Below are positions 16,977 through 25,199 of a DNA stretch of 64,000 nucleotides, in pieces. Positions within the stretch are counted from its first letter, which is position 1. Every line of letters starts with the position of its first letter. Under the pieces are notes generated by a model. That model had not been told where the DNA came from. It made no database searches and was given only the letters and a program-made list of their open reading frames with translations. A program made the translations under genes and the position numbers. Origin of the DNA: Pseudomonadota bacterium (GTDB lineage: Bacteria; Myxococcota_A; UBA9042; GCA-2863065); assembly GCA_005776585.1 (NCBI GenBank), contig SXOX01000276.1, positions 142-64,141 of the forward strand, given 5' to 3'.

Positions 16977-17930
16977 GTGCCTGCCGCGAAGTCCAGCTAC
17001 CGCACGTTCGTGATCATGAACCCGCGCTCGTCCGGAGGCGCAACCAGCCGCCGCTGGGCCACGCTGGCCGAGGCGATCTCCTCGGCGGTCGGAACTGTCG
17101 AGCACGCGGCCACGACGGCTCCCGGTGACGCCATCCGCCTGGCGCGCGAGGCGGTCGAGGCAGGCTTCGAGATGATTGTGGCGGTCGGCGGCGATGGCAC
17201 AGTGAACGAGGTCGTCAATGGCTTCCTCGCGGTGGACCCGGCCAAGCGCGATCCCGAGCGGCTGCCCGTCCTGGGCCTCATCCCGTCGGGCACCGGCGGC
17301 GACTACCGCAAGACCTGGGGCGTCGACGACGACCCGATTCGTGCGACGGAGCGGCTCCGTGGGCTCGACGCGCGCACCGCGGACGCCGGGCGGGTGACCT
17401 GGACGGAGGGAGGCGTCGAGCGCTCGCGTCACTTCGCCAACATCGCGTCGTTCGGACTCGGCGGTGAGGTCTCCGCGCGGGTGAACGCGTCGTCGAAGCG
17501 CCTGGGCGGCCGCGCGTCGTTCTTTCTGGCCTCTGCCGGCGCGCTCATGTCGTGGCGCAACCGGCGCGTCAAGCTGGTCACCGACCTCGATCACCCGCAC
17601 GAGGGCCTCATCACGTTCGGCGCGCTGGCCATCGGTCGCGTCTTTGGCGGCGGCATGCGCATCGCGCCCGACGCCGATCCTGGGGACGGGATGTTCGACA
17701 TCGTCACGGTCGAGCGCATGACCAAGCTCGACCTGCTGCGGTTTACGAGCGTGTATTCGGGTCGGCACCTCACCGATCCCAAGGTCTCCCTGTGGCATGG
17801 GGCCTCGGTCACCGCGGAGCTGCTCGACGCCGATCCGACGCCCTGTCGCATCGAGGCCGACGGCGAGGTCTTCGGTCAGCTGCCGGCGCGGTTCGACATC
17901 GTGCCGAGCGCCTTTCGCGTCAAGGTCTAG
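16977..17930 (+). CDS. diacylglycerol/lipid kinase family protein (YegS/BmrU/DagK-like)
   Basis: FVIMNPRSSGG, VAVGGDGTVNEV (GGDGT), GLIPSGTGGD. Start uncertain: GTG 16977, TTG 16971 or ATG 17016. Confidence 0.85.
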   Translation: MPAAKSSYRTFVIMNPRSSGGATSRRWATLAEAISSAVGTVEHAATTAPGDAIRLAREAVEAGFEMIVAVGGDGTVNEVVNGFLAVDPAKRDPERLPVLGLIPSGTGGDYRKTWGVDDDPIRATERLRGLDARTADAGRVTWTEGGVERSRHFANIASFGLGGEVSARVNASSKRLGGRASFFLASAGALMSWRNRRVKLVTDLDHPHEGLITFGALAIGRVFGGGMRIAPDADPGDGMFDIVTVERMTKLDLLRFTSVYSGRHLTDPKVSLWHGASVTAELLDADPTPCRIEADGEVFGQLPARFDIVPSAFRVKV

Positions 17931-17933
17931 CCG

Positions 17934-20666
17934 TTGAGCCCCACCACTGGTCGACAGCAGCCCATCATTCGCCCGCGTCGCAGCCGCACCGCGGAGCTGC
18001 GCGCGGCCGCCATCCGGATCGCGACCGACAAGCGCCGACTGACCGACCTTGCGCTGTCCACGTTGTCGGGCTGCCTCGTATTCTTGTCGTTTCCGGCCTA
18101 CGACCTCTGGCCTCTGCTCTGGGTCTCGCTCGTCCCGCTGTTGTTCGTCGTCCACGAAAAGCGGCCGTGGCAAGCGTTCGGTTGGGGCTTCTGGGCGGGC
18201 CTGGTGACGAACTGGGGCGGCTTCTGGTGGGTCACCGGAATGCTCATGGATTTTGGCCACTTCTCGCTCGCGGCCGCCATCCCGATCTGCACATTGCTGT
18301 GCGCCTATCAGGGGCTCGTGTTCGCGCTCTGGGCCGGACTGACCTCCGCGATCGTCCAGCGCACGCGCGCCAACATCCTGTGGGTCGCGCCCGTTACTTG
18401 GGCCGTCGTCGAGTGGACGCTCCCTTTCATTTTCCCGTGGTATTTCGGCAATGGCCAATATAAATTCTATGCCGCAATTCAAATCTGCGAGGTCATCGGC
18501 GTCACCGGCCTCTCGTTCTTGTTGGTCCTGCTCAACACGGGGCTCTATGCGGGAGCACGCCTTGCCGTGGAAGGCCAATGGAAGCTCGCATGGCGTGAGC
18601 CGGCGCTCGTCTCCGGGATCTTCGTCCTCAATCTCATCTACGGGGTCGTCCGAATGGTCCAGGTGGACGCGGCGATGGAGGCCGCGCCCAAGCTCCGCAT
18701 CGGCGTCGGCGAGGCCAACGTGGGCATCTTCGAGAAGGAGGCCAAGCACCTGACCCGACCCGAGGAGAAGATCGCGATGCTGCGCGGCAACATCCTCAAG
18801 CATCACCTGCTAGCCGCAGAGCTCGAGGAGACTCACAAAGTCGATCTCATTGTCGAGCCGGAGTCGAGCTTCATCCCGGTCCCCTGGTGGTTTCAGACCG
18901 TGCGGTTCAAGCGCTCGGACCTCTTCACCGTGGTCGCCGGTTCGAATGGCAGCGTCTACGAGCTCCGAGACCGCAAGTGGGTCGGCCCGCGCGTGTTGGC
19001 CAAGAGCGGCCGCTCGGCGTCGGCGGGGCCCACGTCACTGCGGAGCCTCTCGGCGGCGCGCGAGGACGTGCTGCTGGCCGTCGGCGACGATGGCGTCGTG
19101 CAGCGTTGGGACGGCTCCGAGTGGACCGCAGAGGCCACGCCCGCGACGAGCACGTTGTATGGCGTATGGGCGGGGTTCGAGCTCGACCGCGGCTTTCGCG
19201 CCGATGGGGCGCCGACGGTGGCCATGGCGGTCGGTGAGCGCGGCGTGGCCATCCGTCGCGATGAATCGGGGACGTGGACGGCGACCGACACGCGCGTTCA
19301 GTCGACGCTCCGCGCGGTGACTGGAGACGAGGACGGCGTCGTGTTCGCCGTGGGCGATCGCGGGACGGTGCTGCGCTTCCAGAGCGGGGCGTGGCGCAAG
19401 GAGCCCACGGACACCGGCGTCACGCTGCATGGGATTGCGATGGCCACCGACGGCACGCCCGTCGCGGTCGGCGAGCAGGGCACGCTGCTGATTCGCCAGA
19501 AGGGCGCGTGGAAGAAGCTCACCGTCGGCGAGCACCACCTGCGCGCGATCGCGGCGGAGGGGCAGCAGCTCGTGGCCGTAGGCGACGCGGGCACCGTGAT
19601 CGAGCACATCGGCGAAGGCTGGAAGCGCGTCGGCGTACCGACCGCGGTGGATCTGCTGGGCGTCGGGATCGACGGGCGAGGTGACGTGGTCATCATCGGC
19701 AAGGAGGGCGTGATCCTCACGCGACCGCGCGGCGCCACGGCGTTCACTGTGGTCCCACGGCTGCCGACGCAGGAGGTCTTCGGCCAGCTCCTGGCGGTGA
19801 CGGGCGTGCCCTATACGGAATCGCACGCCTACGCGCGCGACGCGCAGTTCCTGCAGCGCTCCGGTACGCCCCTGCCGCACGCGGCGGGAGGGGACCGCAT
19901 GGCGGCGGTCGCCGATCCCAAGGCGCTCATGCTGGCTGACACCGACACGCCGGGCGAAGAGTGGAACACGCCCATTCGCGGCTTCAAGACGCCCATCCTC
20001 CTCGGGCTCATCACTTACGACAAAGAGGAAGGCCATGTCCCGATGCTCGCGGGTCGCGATGCCCGCAAGACCTACAACAGCGCCATGCTGATCGACGGCG
20101 ACGGGCGCGTCCTGGGGCGCTACGACAAGAACTACTTGCTCATGTTCGGCGAGTACATCCCGCTCGGGGACCGCTTCCCGCAGCTCTACGAGAAGCTCCC
20201 GGAGGCGAGCCACTTCGAGGCCGGGACCACGGTCGAGACCTTCGCGTTTCGCGGTCATCAGCTCGGGATCATGATCTGCTACGAGGACATCATCCCGCGT
20301 TTTACGCGCAAGCTCGCGGGCAAGGATCCGAACGTCCTCATCAACGTGACCAACGACGCCTGGTTCGGCAAGACCAGCGAGCCGTACCTGCACCTGGCGC
20401 TGGCCGTCTTTCGGTCCGTAGAGAATCGGCTGTGGCTCATCCGCAGCACCAACACCGGCGTGAGCGTGTTCGTCGATGCGGTCGGGCGCATCAAGTCGCA
20501 GACGCGGCTCGACGACGCCGAGCTGCTCGCCGAGGACGTGCCGATGCTGCGCACCTCGACGCCGTACCGCAGCTACGGCGACGTGTTCACGTATGGGTGT
20601 ATCGTCGTCTTTGCCGTGGCCGCCATCTCCGCGCTCGTGCGGCGGCGTCCCGGCACGATCGTCTAG
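17934..20666 (+). CDS. lnt: apolipoprotein N-acyltransferase with a large internal insertion
   Basis: 910 aa, TTG start 3 nt after the kinase stop. Hydrophobic N-terminal domain. Nitrilase-fold catalytic residues in IVEPES, RYDKNYLLMFGEYIP and IMICYED. Final TM segment CIVVFAVAAISALV. Confidence 0.85.
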   Translation: MSPTTGRQQPIIRPRRSRTAELRAAAIRIATDKRRLTDLALSTLSGCLVFLSFPAYDLWPLLWVSLVPLLFVVHEKRPWQAFGWGFWAGLVTNWGGFWWVTGMLMDFGHFSLAAAIPICTLLCAYQGLVFALWAGLTSAIVQRTRANILWVAPVTWAVVEWTLPFIFPWYFGNGQYKFYAAIQICEVIGVTGLSFLLVLLNTGLYAGARLAVEGQWKLAWREPALVSGIFVLNLIYGVVRMVQVDAAMEAAPKLRIGVGEANVGIFEKEAKHLTRPEEKIAMLRGNILKHHLLAAELEETHKVDLIVEPESSFIPVPWWFQTVRFKRSDLFTVVAGSNGSVYELRDRKWVGPRVLAKSGRSASAGPTSLRSLSAAREDVLLAVGDDGVVQRWDGSEWTAEATPATSTLYGVWAGFELDRGFRADGAPTVAMAVGERGVAIRRDESGTWTATDTRVQSTLRAVTGDEDGVVFAVGDRGTVLRFQSGAWRKEPTDTGVTLHGIAMATDGTPVAVGEQGTLLIRQKGAWKKLTVGEHHLRAIAAEGQQLVAVGDAGTVIEHIGEGWKRVGVPTAVDLLGVGIDGRGDVVIIGKEGVILTRPRGATAFTVVPRLPTQEVFGQLLAVTGVPYTESHAYARDAQFLQRSGTPLPHAAGGDRMAAVADPKALMLADTDTPGEEWNTPIRGFKTPILLGLITYDKEEGHVPMLAGRDARKTYNSAMLIDGDGRVLGRYDKNYLLMFGEYIPLGDRFPQLYEKLPEASHFEAGTTVETFAFRGHQLGIMICYEDIIPRFTRKLAGKDPNVLINVTNDAWFGKTSEPYLHLALAVFRSVENRLWLIRSTNTGVSVFVDAVGRIKSQTRLDDAELLAEDVPMLRTSTPYRSYGDVFTYGCIVVFAVAAISALVRRRPGTIV
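18880..19985 (+). other. propeller-like repeat insertion within lnt (about aa 316-684)
   Basis: Seven iterations of an xxAVG(D/E)xGxVxx...W motif: VVAGSNGSVYELRDRKW, LLAVGDDGVVQRWDGSEW, AMAVGERGVAIRRDESGTW, VFAVGDRGTVLRFQSGAW, PVAVGEQGTLLIRQKGAW, LVAVGDAGTVIEHIGEGW, VVIIGKEGVILTRPRG. Confidence 0.65.
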
Positions 20667-20674
20667 GAGGACAC

Positions 20675-21481
20675 ATGAGCGAACTTCGAGGCGCACGCTC
20701 GCTGGTGACCGGGGCCGCGCGTGGCATGGGCAAGCTCTTCGCCGAGCGTCTGCTGCGGCGCGGTGGCCAGGTCGCGATGGCGGACGTCGACGCGGAGGGC
20801 CTCGAGGCCGCCGCCGCGGAGCTGCGCGGACTCGGCATGCTCACGACCCATGTCGGCAACCTGGCGACCGCGGAGGATCCGTACCGGATCGTGGCGGAAG
20901 CCGAGGCAGCCCTTGGGGGGCTCGATCTCGTCGTAAACAACGCCGGGGTCGTCACCGGTGGCCCGCTCACCGAGGTGTCCGACGCACGCCACCAGCTCAC
21001 CATGGACGTCAACGTCATGGGGGTCGTCCGCACCACGCGGGCAGCGCTTCCCGGCATGATCGCACGACAGCGCGGGCACATCCTCAACCTCGCGTCCGCG
21101 GCGAGCCTCACGGGCGTGGCGCTCCAGACGACGTACTGCGCCTCGAAGTGGGCCGTGCTCGGCTTCTCCGAGGCGCTGCGCTACGAGCTGATGCAGCTCT
21201 ACCCCAAGGCGCCCATCCACGTCACGGCAGTCTGCCCGTCGTTTGTCGATACGGGGATGTTCGACGGCGCCTCGCCTCCGCGGCTCGTGCCCATGCTCAA
21301 GCCGGAGACGGTCGTCGATCGCGCCCTCCGTGCCGTCGAGAAGGACGCGCGGACCATCATGCTGCCGGCGACGATTCGCGGCGTGCCGGTGCTGCGGGTG
21401 CTGCTGCCGGACCGGCTCGTGGACTTCTTCTCCGACAAGCTCGGCGTCAACCGCGCGATGCAAGGCTGGCGCGGTCACTGA
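20675..21481 (+). CDS. short-chain dehydrogenase/reductase
   Basis: 268 aa. AGGAGG 5 nt upstream of ATG 20675. Motifs TGAARGMGK, NNAG, YCASK. Confidence 0.9.
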   Translation: MSELRGARSLVTGAARGMGKLFAERLLRRGGQVAMADVDAEGLEAAAAELRGLGMLTTHVGNLATAEDPYRIVAEAEAALGGLDLVVNNAGVVTGGPLTEVSDARHQLTMDVNVMGVVRTTRAALPGMIARQRGHILNLASAASLTGVALQTTYCASKWAVLGFSEALRYELMQLYPKAPIHVTAVCPSFVDTGMFDGASPPRLVPMLKPETVVDRALRAVEKDARTIMLPATIRGVPVLRVLLPDRLVDFFSDKLGVNRAMQGWRGH

Positions 21482-21623
21482 GCAGGGCGGGGCTAGGCCG
21501 ACCCGCCGCGCTTCGACTCCGCCAGAAGCCGCTCGAGCTCGCGCAGCCGCTCCTCGGCGGACTCTTGCGTCCACGGTGCAGCGGCCCGGGCGCGGCATCA
21601 AGTGGACGCCCGCGCGAATCCAG

Positions 21624-21653
21624 TTGCCCTTGTTCACGCGTGTACGGTAGGCT
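21624..21653 (+). promoter_or_regulatory. candidate promoter TTGCCC-N18-TAGGCT upstream of the lipoprotein gene
   Basis: Shares the AGTTGnC...N18...TAGGCTC layout with the candidate at 23556-23585. Confidence 0.35.
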
Positions 21654-21674
21654 CACGGTGGCGGCCCTGAAGAG

Positions 21675-23465
21675 GTGGGCAAGAACATGCTGTCCCGATC
21701 CCTGCTCCGCTCCGCGGTCCTCGTCTCCGCGTGCGCGTGGAGCTGCTCGACCTCGGAGCCGGCCGCTCCTCCATGCACCGACTGCGATGATGCCGGCGTG
21801 GTCGAAGACGACCTGGGTCTCATCGACGTTGGCGTCGAGGACATCGCGCCCGATCTCGGCAAGCCCGACGCGGGACCCGACGTCCGCGATGCCGGCGAGA
21901 CTCTGATGTGCGCTCCGAACGAGCTCAAAGGGGTCTGCGCCGGTCCCAAGGCGTTCATGCGTTGCGGCGCTACCGGCTTGGCGTGGGAGGAGATCCCGTG
22001 CCCGACTGGCGAGACGTGCTACTTCGGCCAGTGCGTCACGCTCACGTGCGCTCCCGACTCGCGCATCTGCAAGGGCCCGACCCTCGTCCAGCAGTGCAAG
22101 ATCGGCAAGGATGGCCAGTACGGCTGGCAGGACGTCGAGGTCTGCACGAGCGGCCTGTGCCACGAGGGCAAGTGCAGCCACGGATGCAAGTACGACCTCA
22201 AGCTCAAGCAGGAATTCGACTGCGCCTTCTTCGACGTCAACCTCACCGGCGACCCCGGAAAGAAGTGCGCGAGTGAGAAGCTGCTGGTCGTCCCGAGCTC
22301 CGGCGACTCGAAGCTCGCGGTCTTCGACGTGTCGGTCAATCCGCCCGTGGCGCTCGTCGGCTCGCCGTTCCAGACATGCAAGAACCCGAGCCGCATCATG
22401 ATGGACACCAATGGGGAGATCGTGGCCACCTGCCGCGAGGACGGCAAGGTCAACCGCCACAAGAAGACCGGCGAGCTGCTCTGGAGCACGAAGCTGCCCA
22501 ACTGCAACGCCTCGCGGGGCGTGGTCGTCGACACCTTTGGCCGGCTGTTCGCCGGCTGCTCGGACAACGCCACCATCTCCGAGCTCGATCCGGTCACAGG
22601 CGTCGTCAAGGCCAACGTGTCCGTCGGCGGGAACGATCCCTTCGGCGGTGGCTTCCTCTACGGCCTCGTCGCCGACGCCGACGGCCTCTACGTGGCGCTC
22701 ACGGGGGTCGGCATCACCAAGGTCACCCTCGGCGGCGAGAACGACCTCAAGATCGCGTGGACCACGAAGGTCGAGGTCTACGGCATCGCGGTCGATGGCA
22801 ACGGCTCGGTCTGGGCCGCGAGCGACAAGGCGCGCTCACTCGACACGAAGACCGGCCAGCTCGAGCAGGAGATCGCGTTTCCTAACGCATGGTACGGCTA
22901 CGGGCTCTCCGCCGGGCTCGACGGCAACGTCTACGTCGCGCTCGGTGACGGCAACGTGGTCGCCAAGATCACGGCCGATGGCAAGGTCGCCTCACTGCCG
23001 CTCGCGGGCGGTGACAACCACGACCACGGGCTCGCACTCGACGTCGATAATAATATATATACTGTGAATATGTACAGCAACTCGTGTACCAGAATCGATG
23101 CGCTGACGGGCAAGGCCACCTCGTTCGGGCAAGGGCTCCTCAACCAGCCGTATGGCTACTCCGGCGACATGACCGGCGTGATTTCGAGCTGCGTCGTCAA
23201 CGGGGGCAAGACCTGGAAGTCCGATCTCATCGACGGCGGTTCGCCCAAGGCGCACTGGCTCCAGGTCAAGTGGAAGGCCACCGAGCCGCCCGACACGCAC
23301 GTCGCGATGTTCTATCGGCTCGATGGCGGGTACTGGACGCCCATCGAGAACGGGCACGTCATCGGTGCCAAGGGGCAGAAGCTCCAGCTTCGCGGCGTGC
23401 TCGAGTCCAACGATCCGACGGCGAGCCCGACCCTCGTGTGGGTCGCGGTCGTCTGGGAGCCGTAG
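21675..23465 (+). CDS. secreted lipoprotein: Cys-rich N-terminal modules plus NHL/YVTN-like beta-propeller plus C-terminal beta-sandwich
   Basis: Lipobox LVSAC. Two Cys-rich modules (about aa 79-170). Propeller-type repeats (DTNGEIVATC, DTFGRLFAGC, DADGLYVAL, DGNGSVWAA, LDGNVYVAL, VDNNIYTVN). Start at GTG 21675 or ATG 21687. Confidence 0.75.
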   Translation: MGKNMLSRSLLRSAVLVSACAWSCSTSEPAAPPCTDCDDAGVVEDDLGLIDVGVEDIAPDLGKPDAGPDVRDAGETLMCAPNELKGVCAGPKAFMRCGATGLAWEEIPCPTGETCYFGQCVTLTCAPDSRICKGPTLVQQCKIGKDGQYGWQDVEVCTSGLCHEGKCSHGCKYDLKLKQEFDCAFFDVNLTGDPGKKCASEKLLVVPSSGDSKLAVFDVSVNPPVALVGSPFQTCKNPSRIMMDTNGEIVATCREDGKVNRHKKTGELLWSTKLPNCNASRGVVVDTFGRLFAGCSDNATISELDPVTGVVKANVSVGGNDPFGGGFLYGLVADADGLYVALTGVGITKVTLGGENDLKIAWTTKVEVYGIAVDGNGSVWAASDKARSLDTKTGQLEQEIAFPNAWYGYGLSAGLDGNVYVALGDGNVVAKITADGKVASLPLAGGDNHDHGLALDVDNNIYTVNMYSNSCTRIDALTGKATSFGQGLLNQPYGYSGDMTGVISSCVVNGGKTWKSDLIDGGSPKAHWLQVKWKATEPPDTHVAMFYRLDGGYWTPIENGHVIGAKGQKLQLRGVLESNDPTASPTLVWVAVVWEP

Positions 23466-23555
23466 TCCGGCGCCATCTCGGCGCGCTCCTCGAGACCACT
23501 GCTCGCGAGCGCGCGTCGGCTCCAGACGCATGGGACGGATTGGCCGGCGGCCCAG

Positions 23556-23585
23556 TTGACGGCACGAGCGCGCTTCGCTTAGGCT
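23556..23585 (+). promoter_or_regulatory. candidate promoter TTGACG-N18-TAGGCT upstream of dctP
   Basis: Located 45 nt upstream of ATG 23631. AGGAG Shine-Dalgarno at 23618-23622. Confidence 0.4.
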
Positions 23586-23630
23586 CGCCCCCGCGATAGC
23601 ACACCCGTCACGCACCCAGGAGCGGTCCCC

Positions 23631-24632
23631 ATGCGAACTCCCTCGTCCGTCCTCGTCGCCGCGCTCGTCACAGGCCTGTTGGCCTTTGGCGCAGCGGCGC
23701 AGTCTGTCACCTTCAAGGTCGCGTCCTTGGCCCCCAAGGGCTCGGCGTGGGCCAACATCCTCACGCGCGGCGCGGCTGACATCGAGAAGAAGACCGAGGG
23801 CCGCGTCAAGGTCCAGTTCTTCTTCCAGGGCCAGGGCGACGAGAAGGACATCGTCCGCAAGGTCAAACTCGGCCAGCTCGACGGCGCGGCGCTCACGGGT
23901 ATCGGCCTCGGCCTCATCAACCCGGACGTGCGCGTGCTGGACATCCCGTTCGCGTTCACGTCCGACAAGCAGCTCGACTACGTCCGCAAGGCCATGGCCC
24001 CGGACTTCGAGCGGCAGTTCAAGGAAGCGGGCTACATCCTCCTCGGCTGGGGCGACGTCGGCTGGGTCCACCTCTACTCCAACATCGAGGTCAACAGCAA
24101 AGACGCGCTCAAGAAGACCAAGATGTGGACGTGGACCGACGACCCGATCGCCAAGGGCCTGTTCTCGCAGCTCGGCATCGAGGGCGTCGGCATGGGCGTG
24201 CCCGACGTGCTCCCCAGCCTCTCGACCGGCAAGATCGACGCTTGCTACGGCTCGCCGCTCGCCGCCGTGGCCCTCCAGTGGTACACGAAGGTCAAGTTCG
24301 CGACCTCGCAGCCCATCGGTTACGCCTCGGGCGCGCTGATTGTCAGCAAGAAGGTCTTCGAGAAGCTCGCTGCGGCCGATCAGAAGGCCATGATCGAAGG
24401 CGGTCACGCGGTCGGCGAGCAGCTCAAGGGCCTCGTCCGCAAGGACAACGAGCGGGCCAAGGCCGCCATGAAGAAGTCGGGCATCGCGTTCACCGAGACG
24501 CCGGCCGCGTTCGTCACCGAGCTTCGGAACGCCGCGACCGCAGCGCGCTCGGCGCTCGTGGGCAAGGACAAGAGCTACAGCAAGACTGCCCTCGACACGT
24601 TCCTCAAGCACCTCGCTGCGGCCCCGAAGTAA
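23631..24632 (+). CDS. dctP: TRAP transporter substrate-binding protein (DctP family)
   Basis: 333 aa with a signal peptide ending AAAQS. DctP-like pattern (FKVASLAPKGSAW..., KVKLGQLDGAALT..., YGSPLAAVALQWY). Followed by Q and M subunits. Confidence 0.85.
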   Translation: MRTPSSVLVAALVTGLLAFGAAAQSVTFKVASLAPKGSAWANILTRGAADIEKKTEGRVKVQFFFQGQGDEKDIVRKVKLGQLDGAALTGIGLGLINPDVRVLDIPFAFTSDKQLDYVRKAMAPDFERQFKEAGYILLGWGDVGWVHLYSNIEVNSKDALKKTKMWTWTDDPIAKGLFSQLGIEGVGMGVPDVLPSLSTGKIDACYGSPLAAVALQWYTKVKFATSQPIGYASGALIVSKKVFEKLAAADQKAMIEGGHAVGEQLKGLVRKDNERAKAAMKKSGIAFTETPAAFVTELRNAATAARSALVGKDKSYSKTALDTFLKHLAAAPK

Positions 24633-25199
24633 GTGGCGGGCGTCTCGCAAGCCAAGGGGCTGCTGGAGGGCGGCGTCGACGCTCCGCCGGAAGACGGCGT
24701 CGTCGTCTACCTCCGCATGGCGGATCGGGCGCTCGGCAAGGTGGAGGAGTACGCGCTCACGCTCGTGCTCCTCGCCATGGTCGTCATCGGCGCCTGGCAG
24801 GTCATCAAGCCCGAGGGCTGGATGCGCGAGACCATCAAGTACGGCGTCCTCTTCATCGGCATGGTGGCGGGCGCGCTGGCCACGCAGTCCGATCGCCTGT
24901 TCAACATCGACATGGTGGGCCGCCTGCTCGCGCCCCGAGGCCGCCTCGTGGTGCGCATCATCACGGCCCTCTTCACGATCGGCATGTGCTGGGTGCTCTA
25001 CAAGGCGTCGATGGCCTTCCGTGACTCGATCGCGGACGAGGCCGGCGAGCCCATCAAGCCGGCGCTGGGGATGCTGCCGCTGCCGTATGGCGCGCTCCTC
25101 ATCGCGACGCACTTGGCACTGCATGCGCTCATCGACGTCTACTACCTCGCGACCGGCAAGCCCTCTCCCGATGTCGTCGACCTGGTGCCAAAAGCATGA
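24633..25199 (+). CDS. dctQ: TRAP transporter small permease (DctQ)
   Basis: Four hydrophobic segments. GTG directly after the dctP stop, with an alternative ATG at 24717. ATGA overlap with dctM. Confidence 0.8.
   Translation: MAGVSQAKGLLEGGVDAPPEDGVVVYLRMADRALGKVEEYALTLVLLAMVVIGAWQVIKPEGWMRETIKYGVLFIGMVAGALATQSDRLFNIDMVGRLLAPRGRLVVRIITALFTIGMCWVLYKASMAFRDSIADEAGEPIKPALGMLPLPYGALLIATHLALHALIDVYYLATGKPSPDVVDLVPKA

Noticed and set aside
16962-20696. 614-aa and 553-aa ORFs on the - strand (16962..18806 and 19035..20696)
   Set aside because: They are antisense to the lipid kinase and lnt genes, which carry clear catalytic motifs. The translations are Arg/Asp/Gly-rich without motifs.
21496-21597. 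Coding-looking reverse-strand stretch in the SDR-lipoprotein intergenic region (translates ...PWTQESAEERLRELERLLAESKRGGSA-stop)
   Set aside because: It is bounded by an in-frame TGA only 34 codons upstream and contains no ATG, GTG or TTG. GAG/CGG/CTG-rich DNA easily mimics helical peptides. At most it is a decayed gene remnant, and I cannot support a feature.
23040-23080. Strikingly AT-rich patch (gataataatatatatactgtgaatatgtacagcaac), considered as an insertion scar or internal promoter
   Set aside because: It reads in frame as DVDNNIYTVNMYSN within a propeller-blade motif of the lipoprotein gene, so the amino-acid content explains the composition. A comparable patch at 18455-18490 in lnt encodes GNGQYKFYAAIQ.
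22992-25124. 710-aa ORF on the - strand
   Set aside because: It is antisense to the lipoprotein, dctP and dctQ genes, and its composition is shadow-like.
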